Shown in pieces: positions 1 to 12,440 of a stretch of DNA of 64,000 nucleotides (positions are counted from its first letter, which is position 1; each line of letters begins with the position of its first letter). The notes under the pieces were generated by a model. The model ran no database searches. It saw only the letters and a program-made list of their open reading frames with translations, and was not told the origin of the DNA. A program made the position numbers and the translations under genes. Source of the stretch: Camelus dromedarius (lineage: Eukaryota); NCBI RefSeq assembly GCF_036321535.1, contig NC_087437.1:93250001-93314000 (forward strand), in the 5' to 3' direction.

Positions 1-1100
1 CAAGAAGAAACATAAGATTTGTCAACATTGTTTCAAGTAAATGTGGATAATTTAAAACCTATGAATATGTAATGCTGAAAACTGAAAAGGTTCCAAATGT
101 AAGATGTAAATACATAGTAATAGACCTTGCTGCAGAAGACAGAGGGAAATATTACAAGGCCTTTAGTGCATGTAGATAATTCTCCCTCTATTACCCTTAG
201 ATTGTAACTGTAAAATCCAGGTACAAAGTACAATAAATCACAGTGCACAAAGTTTCCTCTTGGTGAACAATGTTTCAGAAAAAAGTAACCTTACATACTG
301 GAAGGGAATGCACCAGTTTTCTTTCCAGTGGGATTTCCAAAAAGATGGCCTACTTACTACAGTTTATCCAAGCTCACACCTGTAACCACAGATCTCATTT
401 CACACGGTTACTGTGAGACCAGTGATGAAATTGGTCTTCCCATATGGCAGTGAATGGAACATTTGTGACTTCAGTACAATTCTGTGAGTTACAAAGTAGT
501 TTGATGTTTTACTTTGGGAGATGAGGAATCATGGCTAACAAAGAAGGGCTGCATGGATCCTGGGCTTTCGCATATCTTGGTATTTGGGAACATCAAACAC
601 AAGGCGGCATCTGTAGAGGAATTCTGCATCAATAGCTCAGGCAGGGGGAGTTAGTGGAATTGAAAGATGGAATATGAAATGATCCAGAAAAAAAAAAGGG
701 AGTATCTTGGAAGTTACTAGCAGCTGAACTCATAGGTAAAGAATTCAAAGTCTTAGAGAGACAGTTATGATAACCATAGCCACTGTCCACTTTAGACACT
801 TTGAAAGAACTGAAATGATAATACTTCTCACTATTGGACTTATTAAAAATACATTGGGAGAAAAATGATTACTTCTAATATGGAAAATCAGAAATAGTTA
901 CAGATAGATAATGTGATTCATGAATCTTCAGGAAGAAACAGAATAAAGAAGAAAGCTAGTGTTTTATCTTGGTAAAAAAAAGCACTTCTTCAATCTTATG
1001 AAAATTACTAAAATTTTAGTGGCATGACTTCAGAAATGGTTAATGGCAGGGCTCAGAGGACCAATGACCATTGTCCTTTAGCAGGGACAGAAACCAACCT
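1..1100 (+). pseudogene. Degenerate endogenous retroviral envelope (gamma-type/class I env) relic, SU C-terminus plus TM; probably continues left of the window
   Basis: Manual translation across stops and frameshifts gives env-like motifs in the expected order. These are a stop-free PYILEGNAPVFFPVGFPKRWPTYY...LPIWQ (289-450), CFTLG (~505-519), QRR|AAWILGF (539-568), IQSLRETV(M)DNH...LDTL (743-803), LGEK*/YF*YGKSEIVTDR (854-908), NLQEETE*RRKL (923-958) and LQKWLMAGLRGPMTIVL (1028-1078). The 854-908 segment resembles the gamma env pattern LGEECCYYVNQSGIV. Confidence 0.55.
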
Positions 1101-1486
1101 GAGGCAAAGTAAAGGCTTAAATATGATAATGAACTTGGCTTGTCAATTGTTAATTATTGAGCCAACCCATCCCATCAGAAAATCATGAAATTCCTTCTAC
1201 TTGATGAGGTACTTAATAAAATCCTTGTTCAATTTTCATGAATGCTATACTGGTTCATGTCTGTAAATTATAGTTATAACCATGAGTGGATAGCCAGAGT
1301 CCCCGCAAATGAAGCATTTACATTTTTTCATATAATTTGGAAATATTTTTAAATTATAAGGAAGCAGTCCCAGTAAAATAAAAAGAATGTTATACAAAAT
1401 TGGAACTTATTTAGAAATTATTAGAGACCATCAAGTGATTATTTGGGTAAAAGCATTCTATTTTTAGAAACTATTTCTGAGGGACT

Positions 1487-2095
1487 TTTATTTTGAAGGA
1501 TGATTGAACTTTTAAATTTACATACAATAAAATTCACGTTTTCATATACAGTTCTATGAGTAAGGATAAATGTTTTGAGTTGTGTATCACCAACACAATC
1601 AGTATACAGAACAGATCCATCACCCCAAAGAAGTCCCTCATGCTGACCCTTTTAAAACACACCTTTCTTCCAACCCAAATAACTACAGATCTGTTCTCTA
1701 ATCCTGTAAAAAAAAATACATATATATATATATAAAATAAAAATTGCCATTTAACCATTTAAGTGTACAATTCAGTGGCATTAATTATATGTACAATATT
1801 GTACATTTCCAAAATTTTTTTCAAAAATTTTTCATCACCCCAAAAAGAAACTCTGTAACTATTAAGCAGTAACTCCTTATTTTCCCCTCTCCCCAGCTCT
1901 AGGTAACTCCCATTTTCTTTCTGTCTCTAGAAATTTGCTTATTCTAGATAGTTTGTATAAGGGGAATTATACAATATCTATCCTTCCGTGTATGGCCTAT
2001 TTCACTTAGTGTAATGTTTCCAAGGTTTATCCATGTTGTAGTGTGTATTGGAACTTCATTCTCTTTTATGGCTGAAAAATATTCCATTGTATAGG
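1487..2095 (-). mobile_element. Two adjacent old LINE-1 (L1MA/MB-type) 3' end fragments
   Basis: Reverse-strand L1 3'UTR motifs such as tacatacaataaaattcac..., aagtgtacaattcagtggcatta... and tttcacttagtgtaatgttt. The minus-strand ORF 1944-2129 has the L1 3'-end text TMEYFSAIKENE...TTWINL. Confidence 0.8.
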
Positions 2096-2214
2096 AAATA
2101 CTTAAGTATGAATAAAATTGAAAATACAACTACCCACATTTATAAGATTCAGCAAAGGCAATGCTCAAAGGGAAATTTTTAGCCATACATGCCTAGACAA
2201 GATTTCTATCAGGG

Positions 2215-3030
2215 TTTTTTTACTTTTTATTTTGAGATAATTGTACATTCAGATGCAAGTATAAGAAATAATACAGAGAAATTTTGTATATGTTTCACTA
2301 AGTTTTCCTCAATAGTAACATCTTGTATAACTAAGGTACAATATCATGATTAGGAAACTGATACAACCTACTGACCTTATCCAGATTTCACTAGTTGTAC
2401 GTGCACTAATTTGCGTGTCTGTGTATTTAGTTCTACACAGTTTTATCACGTGTTAGCTTTGTGTGAGTACCATAATAATACTCAAGATACAGAGCAATTG
2501 TATCACAAGGATCTGTCATCTACCCCTTTCATAATCACCTTCTCTAATTTCCCTACTGACTTGCTTTCTAACCTCTATCAACCATTAATCTGTTCTCCAT
2601 TTCTATAACTTGTCATTTAAGAAACGTTACAGAAGTGGATTCATACTTTGTGTGACTTTTCGAGATTATCTTTTTCACCCAGCATAACTCCCTTGAGTTC
2701 CATCCAGGTTTTGCGTTTATCATTATTTTTTCCCTTTTTATTACTGAATAGTATTCTTGGTAAGGATGTACCACAGTTTATTCACCCATTGATGAGTTGG
2801 ATTGTTTCCAGTTTCTGGCTGTTATTAATATAGCTGCTTTGAGTATTCCTGTACAAGGTTTTGTGTGAACGTAAGTTTTCGTTTCTCTGGGATAATTACT
2901 CAAGAGTGCAAATGCTGACTTGCATGGTGAGCACAAATTTGGTCTTGTAAGAAACTGCTGTACTCATTTTCAGAATGCTTGTGCCATTTTACACTCCCAC
3001 CAGCAATGTATAAATGATCCATTTCTCTTA
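2215..3030 (-). mobile_element. Old LINE-1 (L1MB/MC-type) 3' end
   Basis: Starts with tttattttgagataattgtacattcagatgcaagtataagaaataatacagag. Continues into the ORF2-end motif ccattttacactcccaccagcaatgt. Confidence 0.85.
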
Positions 3031-3522
3031 AGGTTTTAGGTTTCTCTGCTGCTGTAACCAGTTGCTATTGGCTGACTTTAGAGCAGGTCCAGGAAAGAAA
3101 CAAATGAAAAACAAACCCCAAACAAAACAACAACAACAAAACCCCATCAGGGAGTCCTCTTGCATTCTCCAGCTGAAGAGCTTCCCTTTCTCAGTCCCAC
3201 TTTTAATGGGGCGTCTCTGGGAGATTGTTTTTAGTCCTGAGCTTCTATGCAGTATGGGGCCCAGCTTGCTCTCAGATCAAATATGGGAGAAAAAAGAGGA
3301 AAAAAGAAAAGTATTAATTCACCACAATGCTGTACTTTCTTCGTTTTGACTTCCCGCCTCAAACTTTCTGTTACTGTTTATTCTTAGGGTTTTTCTAATG
3401 TGTGTTTGTATTCCATCAGAGGTTTAATCATTACCTTTGCAAGCTATAGGCTATAGTGAGCTTACTTTACATTGGCCTTTGCCACAGTCATTTCCCACAA
3501 CTTTATGAAATCTCAAAATCTT

Positions 3523-3760
3523 GGTACATTTTCAGATACATTGCTGCTCCAGCATTTTTTTTTCCCCAGATCTCCCAGATATCTCTCTTTTTGGCCAGCT
3601 GGGAAAGATATTTGTAAGTGTTTTAAAGTGAACAATGGCTGAGTGATAATTGTCATCTAGCTGATGATCTAATAGATGAGAATACGACTTCTGACAGTGA
3701 AGATGATGAATAACGTAAAATTAATGGTGTGCCTTGAAACCAGGGCATATTTGGAATTCG
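3523..3760. mobile_element. Possible ancient Tc1/mariner-pogo (Tc2/Kanga-like) DNA transposon relic
   Basis: An acidic tail LADDLIDENTTSDSEDDE* (~3658-3713) is followed by aaaattaatggtgtgccttgaaacc, loosely resembling Tc2-type termini. No clean TIRs are visible. Confidence 0.25.
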
Positions 3761-4324
3761 TATTAGAAGATGACTCCCATTGCATTACTTAGGAGATTTA
3801 CATTCTTCAATGGGAGATGATTAAGTAAAAAGCTTCCTGGGTAAATCCTTTCATTTAGGGGAAAAAGAAAAAACAACAGTAAATCCAATTTCTATTTTTG
3901 TTTCCTCTGGTACTTTTCCATTTAGCTTATCTTTGGATAGAGTAAATCATTGCAATTTCAAAGTCATGAGCTTAATCCATGATGTATTAGGGTGTCTAAA
4001 TTCCTTCTGGGCTTCTAGTCTTCCCTCAGGAGAGGTAATTAACCTCTAAAAGTAGTCACCTATGTAGTTTCACCTGGTGGTTTGTTTTAAGAATTGATTT
4101 ATCTCATTTACTTTTCTGACTAATCACTTCAGGCTGGAGCTATGATTGGTAAGATGTAGAAGAAGAGGTGACCCTAACAGGGACATTTCAGCAAGGGGAA
4201 ACCTGAATATTAAGTTCTGGTGTTCAATATTTAGGCTCTATGGTGCCTTTTTAAAATAATAATTCCAGGATACTTTGTCTTCTCTGGTGTCCCAGAAAGT
4301 ACATAGAATGTCAACTCTATAAAG

Positions 4325-4450
4325 AATATACTTTGCATCCCAGGTCTACCATTTGCTAATTATGTTACTTTGGATAATTAATTATTGTGAGCCTTAGATT
4401 CCTCATAAAAAGATATGGTTAATTGTATCAATCACTATGTGAACTCAACC
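4325..4450 (+). mobile_element. MIR SINE fragment
   Basis: Decayed MIR core: atcccaggtctaccatttgctaattatgttactttggataatt...gagccttagattcctcat. Confidence 0.6.
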
Positions 4451-6419
4451 ACATAATTTTGTTCTGAGTTCTAAATTTTGTATATATATATATAATATAT
4501 ATATTTATATGTATAAATATTTAGTTTAACATTTAAACACATATTTAAGTGCTTTATGAGACTTTAAACAACACACAAAATAAAGGAGTATTATTTTTCT
4601 GTAATTTATGCCTGAAGAACAATTATTTCTTCCCCAGTGGGAAAAGGAGGCTTAGAAACATTAGTGAATTTCTGGGAGTAGTTATTGGAATATTTGCAAT
4701 ATTCTATGCTATATTTCTACTAGTAATATCTTTAAGTAGATTGTAGAAACCGAGGATTCTTTCTGTTCCAGTTTATAATTATATTTTGCAGACTCTCTTT
4801 GAGGTTCTGCGTCTTTGTACTCACCATTTTAGAATCTACATACAAATTGCTGTGTGCTGTCAATTTTACTATAGTCAAATACATTTCAAAGCCAAACATC
4901 ATGATGTTTAAAAAGGGACAGAGAACAATTATATTTGACAGACAATTTTTACATGACCTGAAAATGTCTTAGGATTAAAAATGATCCTTTTATACTCTGA
5001 TTTGTTTGGAAATGTTTGTTTAGTTGAAACTTGTGGAATCACTTCACTTTAGGGGTTGATTGAAAAAGTTGGAAAAATCTCAATAGAGATTTTGAATGTT
5101 GCCTCTTTGCTCACTGGGATGAGAGCTCCCAACAGAGGAATCACCAAGTTTGTACTGAACATATTAGGCGTTGTTACAGCTAACACTGTAATCATTTATG
5201 CAATTTTCATGAACACCCAGGAGATTGTAGCACTTTTCAGTTTTGGAAGGAGTGCAGTTCTACTGCTCAAAACACTTGACATAACTATAAAGAAACATCT
5301 AATATTGAAAATATAAAGTAGTTATCTTTCTGTTACATTTTGCATAAAGCAGACATATTCGTGTTTTTCTCAGTTTAAAACTAGGCATGTAGAAAATTTT
5401 TTATCATTCAGAGGGCACATAAAACAAAAATCTCACCTAGGAAATTAGATGCCTAGCGTTTGAGAAATTTCCTTAAATATGAATTTCAATTCTCTGAATG
5501 TATTCATATTTCAGTGAAAATTTGTACACTGCTGGAAAGATTAAAGAACAAATCCTGATTTTGTCACTTGAGTCAATAAAGTTTGAATTGTGCAATATTT
5601 ATCATTTTTCTCCCTGATGCCCTGTCTGAAAGTTCCCTTTATGGCCCACCAACGTGCCATCCCATTCTTATTTTTCCCAAAGACAATATTTTAGAATTAA
5701 TTTTTTGAAAGTTTCTAAGAATGATTTATAAGATTAAAGTTATTTTGGCAGATTGATTCTAAAAATAAAACATAAAAAAGGTACTTTTTCTGAGCAGATT
5801 TGATGTTCTCTTCCTGAGAATAAATAACTTGTAGAGACAGGGCAGTACCTTCAAAGCCTCTGTCTTTTAAGAGGACAGAGGTCCTATAACGTAACCACCT
5901 CCATTCTTTAAAGTGAAAGATCTTACCGGGTTTAAATTAATTCATAAATTTAAGCCTCTGTTTGAACTCTAGTAGCCCAGCTCATTACATAAAGTTTACT
6001 GTGTACTGAAGTTAAAATGGAAATTTCTACCTTTCTAGTACACAGTCAAGTGAGGAATTGAAAGGGAACAAACTGAAAAAAAGAGAAGAGTAATCCAATT
6101 TTGTATCCTAATCCCATATTCATTCCAGTACCATAAATAAAATTATTCTTCTTCTAAGAAAATGGTCATAGGGTTTTTATTTTTGGTGCTAAGATAGTAA
6201 AGGTCTTATGTCTTTACATCTCATTCTCAATGAAAAAAAATTTTAAAAAGTAAACCTCCAACATGCTTTATAGTAAGGGATAGAGGAGAGATGGAGGAAG
6301 ACAGAATAAATCCATGGGGCAGGCGGACAAACAATTAGATTTAAAAGTCAATCAGGAGTATTTTTCAAAGAGAGCTATTATTTGTACTTAGTTATCAATT
6401 TCACGTATGGTTCATTCTT

Positions 6420-6695
6420 CTGCTAAATGTATCTTCCCTCTCTTTGCCTGGAGAAGACTACCAGCTTTTCATGTCTCCGCTAAGACAACACTTCTACCTC
6501 ACTTCCCTGCTTCTACCTTCCTTCTCAGTCATGCCTCCAAAACTGAGCATCAGTTCTTTCCTCCTATCAAGGAAAGAATCACCACATTTCAGTTGCCTCA
6601 ATAGGTGTTTATCTCTTACTAGACTGAAAAAGCCTTCCTTATTGCTTGTATTTGGTACTAAGTAGGTACCTAATAAATATTTGTCAAATTAAATA
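6420..6695 (+). mobile_element. L2 LINE 3' end fragment
   Basis: Pyrimidine-rich body ending in tggtactaagtaggtacctaataaatatttgtcaaattaaat, the typical L2 terminus. Confidence 0.6.
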
Positions 6696-7104
6696 ATAAA
6701 CTTATGCACCAAATTTAAATATATACATAGTTCTCACTAGAAAATTTAACCTACATACAAAGGATTAAAAATGATTAAATTTATCATTATCTATATCATC
6801 CACAAATTACCTCAGTCCTCTTCTTGATATTGTGTGTAGATACTGATTTGTTTATAATAATAACATAAAATTTCATTCTTAGTTCTGATAGATGAAAACA
6901 TTCAAAATGACATTTTAATTTATTCTTATTTTAGCAATTGACATAAATCTAAAGAATTTATCCTTGATTATCATCCTAGAACTGTAGAGAGTCCTGTAAA
7001 AAATATGTGGGTGGCATTGAACAATGCTACAAAATAAATTCTTTTTTTTCAGTGAAGGGATATTAATAAAAAGAAAGAAAGAATGGGAAAAAGAGGAAAA
7101 CTAA

Positions 7105-8860
7105 ATTGGAGTGAATTTAGAAATGTTGCTGGATACAAAGTTAATGTTCAGAAATCAACTATATTTACATATAAATTATAATTTTAATGACATTTGGAAA
7201 ACACACATCATCTCTAATAGAAACAAAAAGCATAAAATGTCTCAAGAGTAAATCTAATAAAGAATGTGTACAATCTATATACTTCAATCTATAAAATATT
7301 GATAGGAGAAATTCGAGAGCTAAACAAATGGAGAACTACTCTACCATATTCATGAGTCAGAAGAGTTGTTAAATATTGTTAAGATGTATATCTTCAAATT
7401 TATCTATAGATTTAATAAAACCGTAATTAAAATTCCAGCATAATTTTTTTTGTGAACATTAGCATGTTTATTCTAAAGTGAATGTCTAAATGCAAATAAT
7501 CTAGATTAGCTAACACAATATTGAAGAAAAATTGAGGACTTAAAAATCACAGGATATCAAGACTTATTATAAAACTAGTAATTAAGCCAGTATGGCACCA
7601 TGTAAGAAAAGATAGAGAAATCAATGGAACAGGTTATATGGCAGAACTAAGCCTACAAGTATAATAATAACCTGATTTATGATGGACTTGTCAACACAAT
7701 CAGTGGAGAAATAATTTTTTCCTAATAAATGCTTCTTTATCAGTTAAATGTCCATATGTAAAAACCTGAACTGTGACACACTACATACAAAAAATGGTTC
7801 TAGAGAGATCATAGATCTAAATGTGAAACAGAAACTACAAAGCTTATAGAAATTATTGAGGTATATCTTCCTTATTTTTAGTAGGCAATGCTTTCTTAAA
7901 CAGGACAATAAAATTACTATCAATAAAAGAAAACTAGATCTTATTAAAATCAAGAACTATGTTCTTCCAAAGACACTATTGAAAGAGTGAAACAGCAAAA
8001 CAGATAGTGGGAGAAGATGTTTATAAAAATATATCTGGAAAATGACTTATTCAGAATATATAAAGAACTGTTTTAAATTAGAAAGAAAGATAGACTATCC
8101 AACTTAAAAATAAACAAAGGTTATGGGCAGGCACTTCATGAAAGGAGAAATAAAATGACCAATAAACATGAAAAGGCAGGCAATACCATTAGTTATTATG
8201 GAAATGCAAATTATAAATACAAAGCTATACCACTTAAACTTACCAAAATGAATAAATTAAATGGAGAGCAATATCAAATGCTAGAAAGAATGTGGAGCAT
8301 TTGAAACACTGATGCAATGCTGGTGGACATACAAATTGGAACAGCCACTTTGGAAACTGTATCTACAAAGCCAAACATCATGCCCTCTGTCCCAGGAATT
8401 CCACTCCTGGGCACATGCCAAACAGAAATGAGTCTTAGGTTTGCCAGTTAACATGTATAAATGTATGCTGCCACAGCATTTGTAATAGCTCCCCCAAAGA
8501 AACAAGCTATATTTTCCTTCACAAATAGAAAGGATAGTTAAAAGGTAGGATATTCACACAATGTAACAGACACAACAATAAAAAAGAGTCAATTTCTGAT
8601 GCATGCAACAGCATGGACATAAGGTTATAATAAACAGGACAAAAATGATGTATAAATCTGTGTAAATCTACTCCTGAGTGGTCGAAAAGTAGATAAAAGG
8701 TATGTATGATGATACAGATGAGAATATGCTACTTGGAGGATTTAATTGGGAGTTTGGGTGCTGGGAATGATCTGTGTGTGTGTGTATGTGTAAAGTCCAT
8801 CATTGAGCTGTATGCTAAGGGTTAGTACACTTTATTGTACGTAATTTATTCCTCATTAGG
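7105..8860 (+). mobile_element. Old LINE-1 (L1MC/ME-type): decayed 3' half of ORF2 plus 3'UTR
   Basis: Continuous L1 ORF2-like sequence, including gttgctggatacaaagttaat...aaatcaac, atcaagacttattataaaactagtaattaag, gaaatgcaaattataaatac and caggaattccactcctggg. It has many stops and frameshifts. Confidence 0.9.
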
Positions 8861-9392
8861 AAAAGGAGGGGTTGAAGAGGAGGGGGAGAAAGAGAGAATA
8901 AATAGGTGTCTGATTTCAGTATAACTGAAGTCTCTATTTGGTGTTCTTATCTCATCTTATTCCAACCTCCTTCTTTGTTTCTTAGGATATTGACATTTCT
9001 TTATTTTTAGGTTTGTGAACTTGAGAATGAGTTTTCCTGATTATTCTGGCTTACCTCATTAATCTTGTTATATATCCTTAATTCTTTCGAAAAGGAGTGG
9101 TATCTGGTTTCTAGTTTTCATTCTTTGCCAAAGATTGAACCATACATATATATTATTTGCCTTATGTAGGGAGAAATCTGCCAGAAACAAAACCATCTGA
9201 CAATGGAACACAGCAGTCTGGGCATTTGTTATGTGTTCCCTTATAGAATGTCACTGAAAGCTAAGATTCATTTTCAGGTGAATACTTCCTGGGTATGAAT
9301 GATATTTTACAACCTGGCAAAAATAAAGATACTGGTGTTCTCTAATCCATAGCATCGCTCCTTAGTCAATTAAGATATGCTAAAGCCATCTT

Positions 9393-9543
9393 TCTTGTTT
9401 GCTTTAATATTTTTTTCTTTTTTTGGTGAGGGGAGGTAATTAGATTGACTTACTGATTCTTAGAGGGGGTACTGGGGATTGAACCCAGGACCTCATGCAT
9501 GCTCAGCATACACTCTACCACTTGAGCTATACCCTCCCCCCTT
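9393..9543 (-). mobile_element. Camelid tRNA-derived SINE (vic-1 type)
   Basis: The minus strand reads GGGGAGGGTATAGCTCAAGTGGTAGAG...GAGGTCCTGGGTTCAATCCCCAGTACC (Pol III A and B boxes), then CTAATTACCTCCCC and an A-rich tail. A perfect 13-bp TSD ctaaagccatctt lies at 9380-9392 and 9544-9556. Confidence 0.95.
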
Positions 9544-10185
9544 CTAAAGCCATCTTGCTTGTTCTTACAGTTTTCCATGAGAGGGTAGAATTCAAATTTT
9601 TCATGTAATAATGTTATCACTTGCCAAATTTCTTTTTAGTTGCAGCCTTTAGTTCCCTGCATTCTTTGTTTTCTCTTCACTTTTTTACCTTCAGTGTTTA
9701 TACATCATCTGAGAATGGGTATGATTCAGATTCAGTCTGCACAGAACCAAAGAGAAATACTCTGAACCTAAATTGGAAAGCATAGCTAAATGTTTGGGCT
9801 CAGCTTGGAGTTTCAGATAAATACATATGGTGACACTGTTAAGAAGAAAAGAAACTCTGGAGGTCCCTGGAGAATGCCTTCACCTCTACAGTCTCAATGA
9901 TTGTACTTAAACAGAACTTAATGTAATCTTTAAGTTTCATACAATTTCCTGTATTTCCTTAGACCATTTCTGTTTATTTTGTGAAAGAGGGGTCTTGACT
10001 TAGAGACTACCATGGGATTATGGAATCCATCTCTGGTTATCACTATTTGACACCATGCCTGATCTTTTGATAAAATCTTTAATTACAGATCTTTTCTCTT
10101 TTGTGAATCATTCAGGATAGTTCTGACCATCAGCTGAAATAAAAATACTAAAAATGACAGAAGAATTATTTTATTGAGTATCAAA

Positions 10186-10659
10186 TGCTGTTGTCGTTCT
10201 GGTCAGATGCCCTGGGATCCATCCTTACTTCCATCCACTCCTGCATCCCCTGCTGCTCTGCTGTGCTGTTTTGTCGTCTACAGAGGTCAGCCCTCAGCGA
10301 TTAGAGCTGCTCTGCTTGCTTGGGCAGACAGTGCAGAATGCCAGGTGGGAGACTTTCCTCTAGCAGACCCTTAGCTAGTGACCAGTCTTATGAAAGTGTG
10401 ACAGGCCAGCTCCCTCACCGCAGTTTGGGACAATTCTCAAACTTAATCCTGCAGAGTTCTGCAGCAGTGGGCTACAGGCAACCTTCAGGACATTGTGTGT
10501 TAACTGCATCCTTGGTTACCTTCTTCCCGTTCTCTGTCTTGTGTTCACCACCTCTCTGTCAACTTCACTTAGGGATCTCTCCTGGGATTATTTCTTTAAC
10601 ACATCACCAGCAAAAATATCTTCTTAAGATCACTTCTGGGGAACCTGACCTAAAACAAA
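10186..10659 (+). mobile_element. ERVL LTR16-like solo LTR
   Basis: Ends in cacttctggggaacctgacctaaaaca, the LTR16-family 3' terminus. The body is GC-richer and about 470 bp long. Confidence 0.65.
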
Positions 10660-11139
10660 CTATACGCCAAATGACTAACTTCTTCCAGCTGGTGTCCACT
10701 GTCAGTTTTTAAAGAGAATTCAGCTCTCTTTAGCAAAATTTCATAATACCTGCAAGACTAAGTGTTTGTATTACTAATATTTTTTATATTGATACTCTCC
10801 TAAAACCATGACTGATAGTTTACATACAAAGAATAAGTCTACTGACTTATCTTCTGACTATAATCAGTGAACTTAATATTCTCCGGAAAAAATATCAGCC
10901 TGAATGTAACTCTCTTCCCTTGTTTATGCTTTGATAGTACAATTATGCTTCTCACTTTGAGGACCCAGAAATCTTATTTCTGAAACTTTAGACATGCTAC
11001 ATGAATTGTTAACTGTCATGTATTTTTTGATATGGTAATTTTTTGATGTGATAACAGCTGACTGCTAGTCAAAAAGGATCAAGCTGACATTATAGCACTT
11101 GTCCTTTATTACGTATCATAGTCAATACAAATACTAAGA

Positions 11140-11512
11140 GCTAGAGTCTGTCCACAGAAAGCAGCCAGCTGGGGGCAGAGAAGCGTGCTGCAGTGTGCAT
11201 GGACTGAGCTGGCCCTCAGGGGCAGTCCACAGAGGCCGAGGGACTTGCCAGAGACTGACTGCCATCGGGCCTCCCGCATACCCGTCTGCTGGAAGCTGCA
11301 ACGTAAGAACCTGCAACGTAAGAACCTGCAGAATCTGGGAGAGGAGCTCCTTCTTCTGCCTTGGCCTTGCAGCATCCCTTCAGCTCCCTTGTTGACGAAG
11401 CCTGCCACTGTGCCAGTTGGCGCAGGGAGAATGTTAGAGTCCAGCTTCCACATCACAAAGATAGTTGAGAAGGGTAGATTTGGAACTGAGAGGAAACAAA
11501 TTGGTAACACAC
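11140..11512 (+). mobile_element. ERVL LTR33-like LTR fragment with an internal 15-bp tandem duplication
   Basis: The terminus gaagggtagatttggaactgagaggaaacaaattggtaacaca matches LTR33 as I recall it. ctgcaacgtaagaac is repeated twice at 11296-11325. Orientation relative to the database consensus is uncertain. Confidence 0.65.
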
Positions 11513-12029
11513 ACAATTCCCTTTGTCTTGCATTTAAAGTAAAGTAAACATTCAGTTTTCTTGTGGTAACTGGCTCCATTTCAGAAAGCATAGAGCTGCT
11601 TTCTAGATTTTTTTTTTTTCAATTCAAAAGCAAAGTCACTAAAGTATATAGTTAACAGAAAGCAGTATGTTACTTTTTGATTAGCAGTTAATGTTTGGTA
11701 ATTCAAGCATTCTTTTTTTTTTCTATCGTTTACTGTTTATTTTTATTGTTACTCAACTATATGCGTCAGTTTCTTCTGCTGCGGTTTCTTATATGAACGA
11801 GAAGAGATGTGGAATGATTGTATATATTCAACTCTGGCTTTATTTTGCTTTCAGAATTGCTAAACTTCATTCTCCCAATCAAATACAAATGGTAATCTGT
11901 GTATCACATACCGTTTATATTCTTTGCTTGTTTGTTTGTCTTAGTGGAAGGACTACTTTGTAATACTTTTCTCTTTTTACCCTTGATGGAGTCATTACGC
12001 TAAATGTAGTGTTGTATATCACATGGTAG

Positions 12030-12145
12030 CAACTTCTCATTTTACAGATGAAAAGTTTGAGAGCAACATGAGTTGACAAAGGTCACAGATCTTGCTTTTG
12101 ATGGAATTCAAGCATGCAAGTATCCAGGCACACAGACTCTTTCCG
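12030..12145 (-). mobile_element. MIR SINE fragment
   Basis: ctcattttacagatgaaaagtttgagagc...aaggtcacag is the reverse MIR core. Confidence 0.7.
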
Positions 12146-12171
12146 TGAAGTCAGATGCTGGAGGTACAAGT

Positions 12172-12440
12172 GTGGTGTTAGTTATTGTCGTACAAAAAGA
12201 CACCCTGATATTTAGTTACTTCAAACAATGAACATTTAGTTAGATCTTGATTTAGTAGTTTAGGTGAGACTTAACTAGGTAGTTCTTCTGGTTTTGCCTG
12301 GACCTTCTCACCCATCTGTGTCCTCCTCTGGTTGGATAGGCAGCTTTGCTGATTTCAGCTGGGTTCCCTCATCTATGGATCTCAGCTTTGACACGTAGGT
12401 GGACTTGGGGCCATTATTCTGCCTACCACAGATGGTCAGC
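12172..12440 (-). mobile_element. MaLR LTR (MLT1-type) fragment
   Basis: tgttagttattgtcgtacaaaaagacaccctgatatttagttacttcaaacaatgaac resembles the reverse complement of the MLT1 3' end. Confidence 0.6.

Noticed and set aside
625..690. SIAQAGGVSGIERWN resembling the integrase motif GLIERWNGLLK
   Set aside because: No other integrase motifs (DDE, SDQG) are in register, and the surrounding colinear motifs fit env better.
4480..4522. AT-rich palindromes (also ~52888-52910)
   Set aside because: These are low-complexity (TA)n derivatives that are self-complementary by composition.
9440..9543. tRNA-like sequences with A and B boxes (also at ~21.8, 35.4 and 52.5 kb)
   Set aside because: They have SINE tails and TSDs, so they are SINE heads rather than tRNA genes.
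11109..11591. 160-aa and overlapping 120-aa ORFs
   Set aside because: They fall in a GC-richer LTR relic, have no recognisable domain, and are expected by chance.
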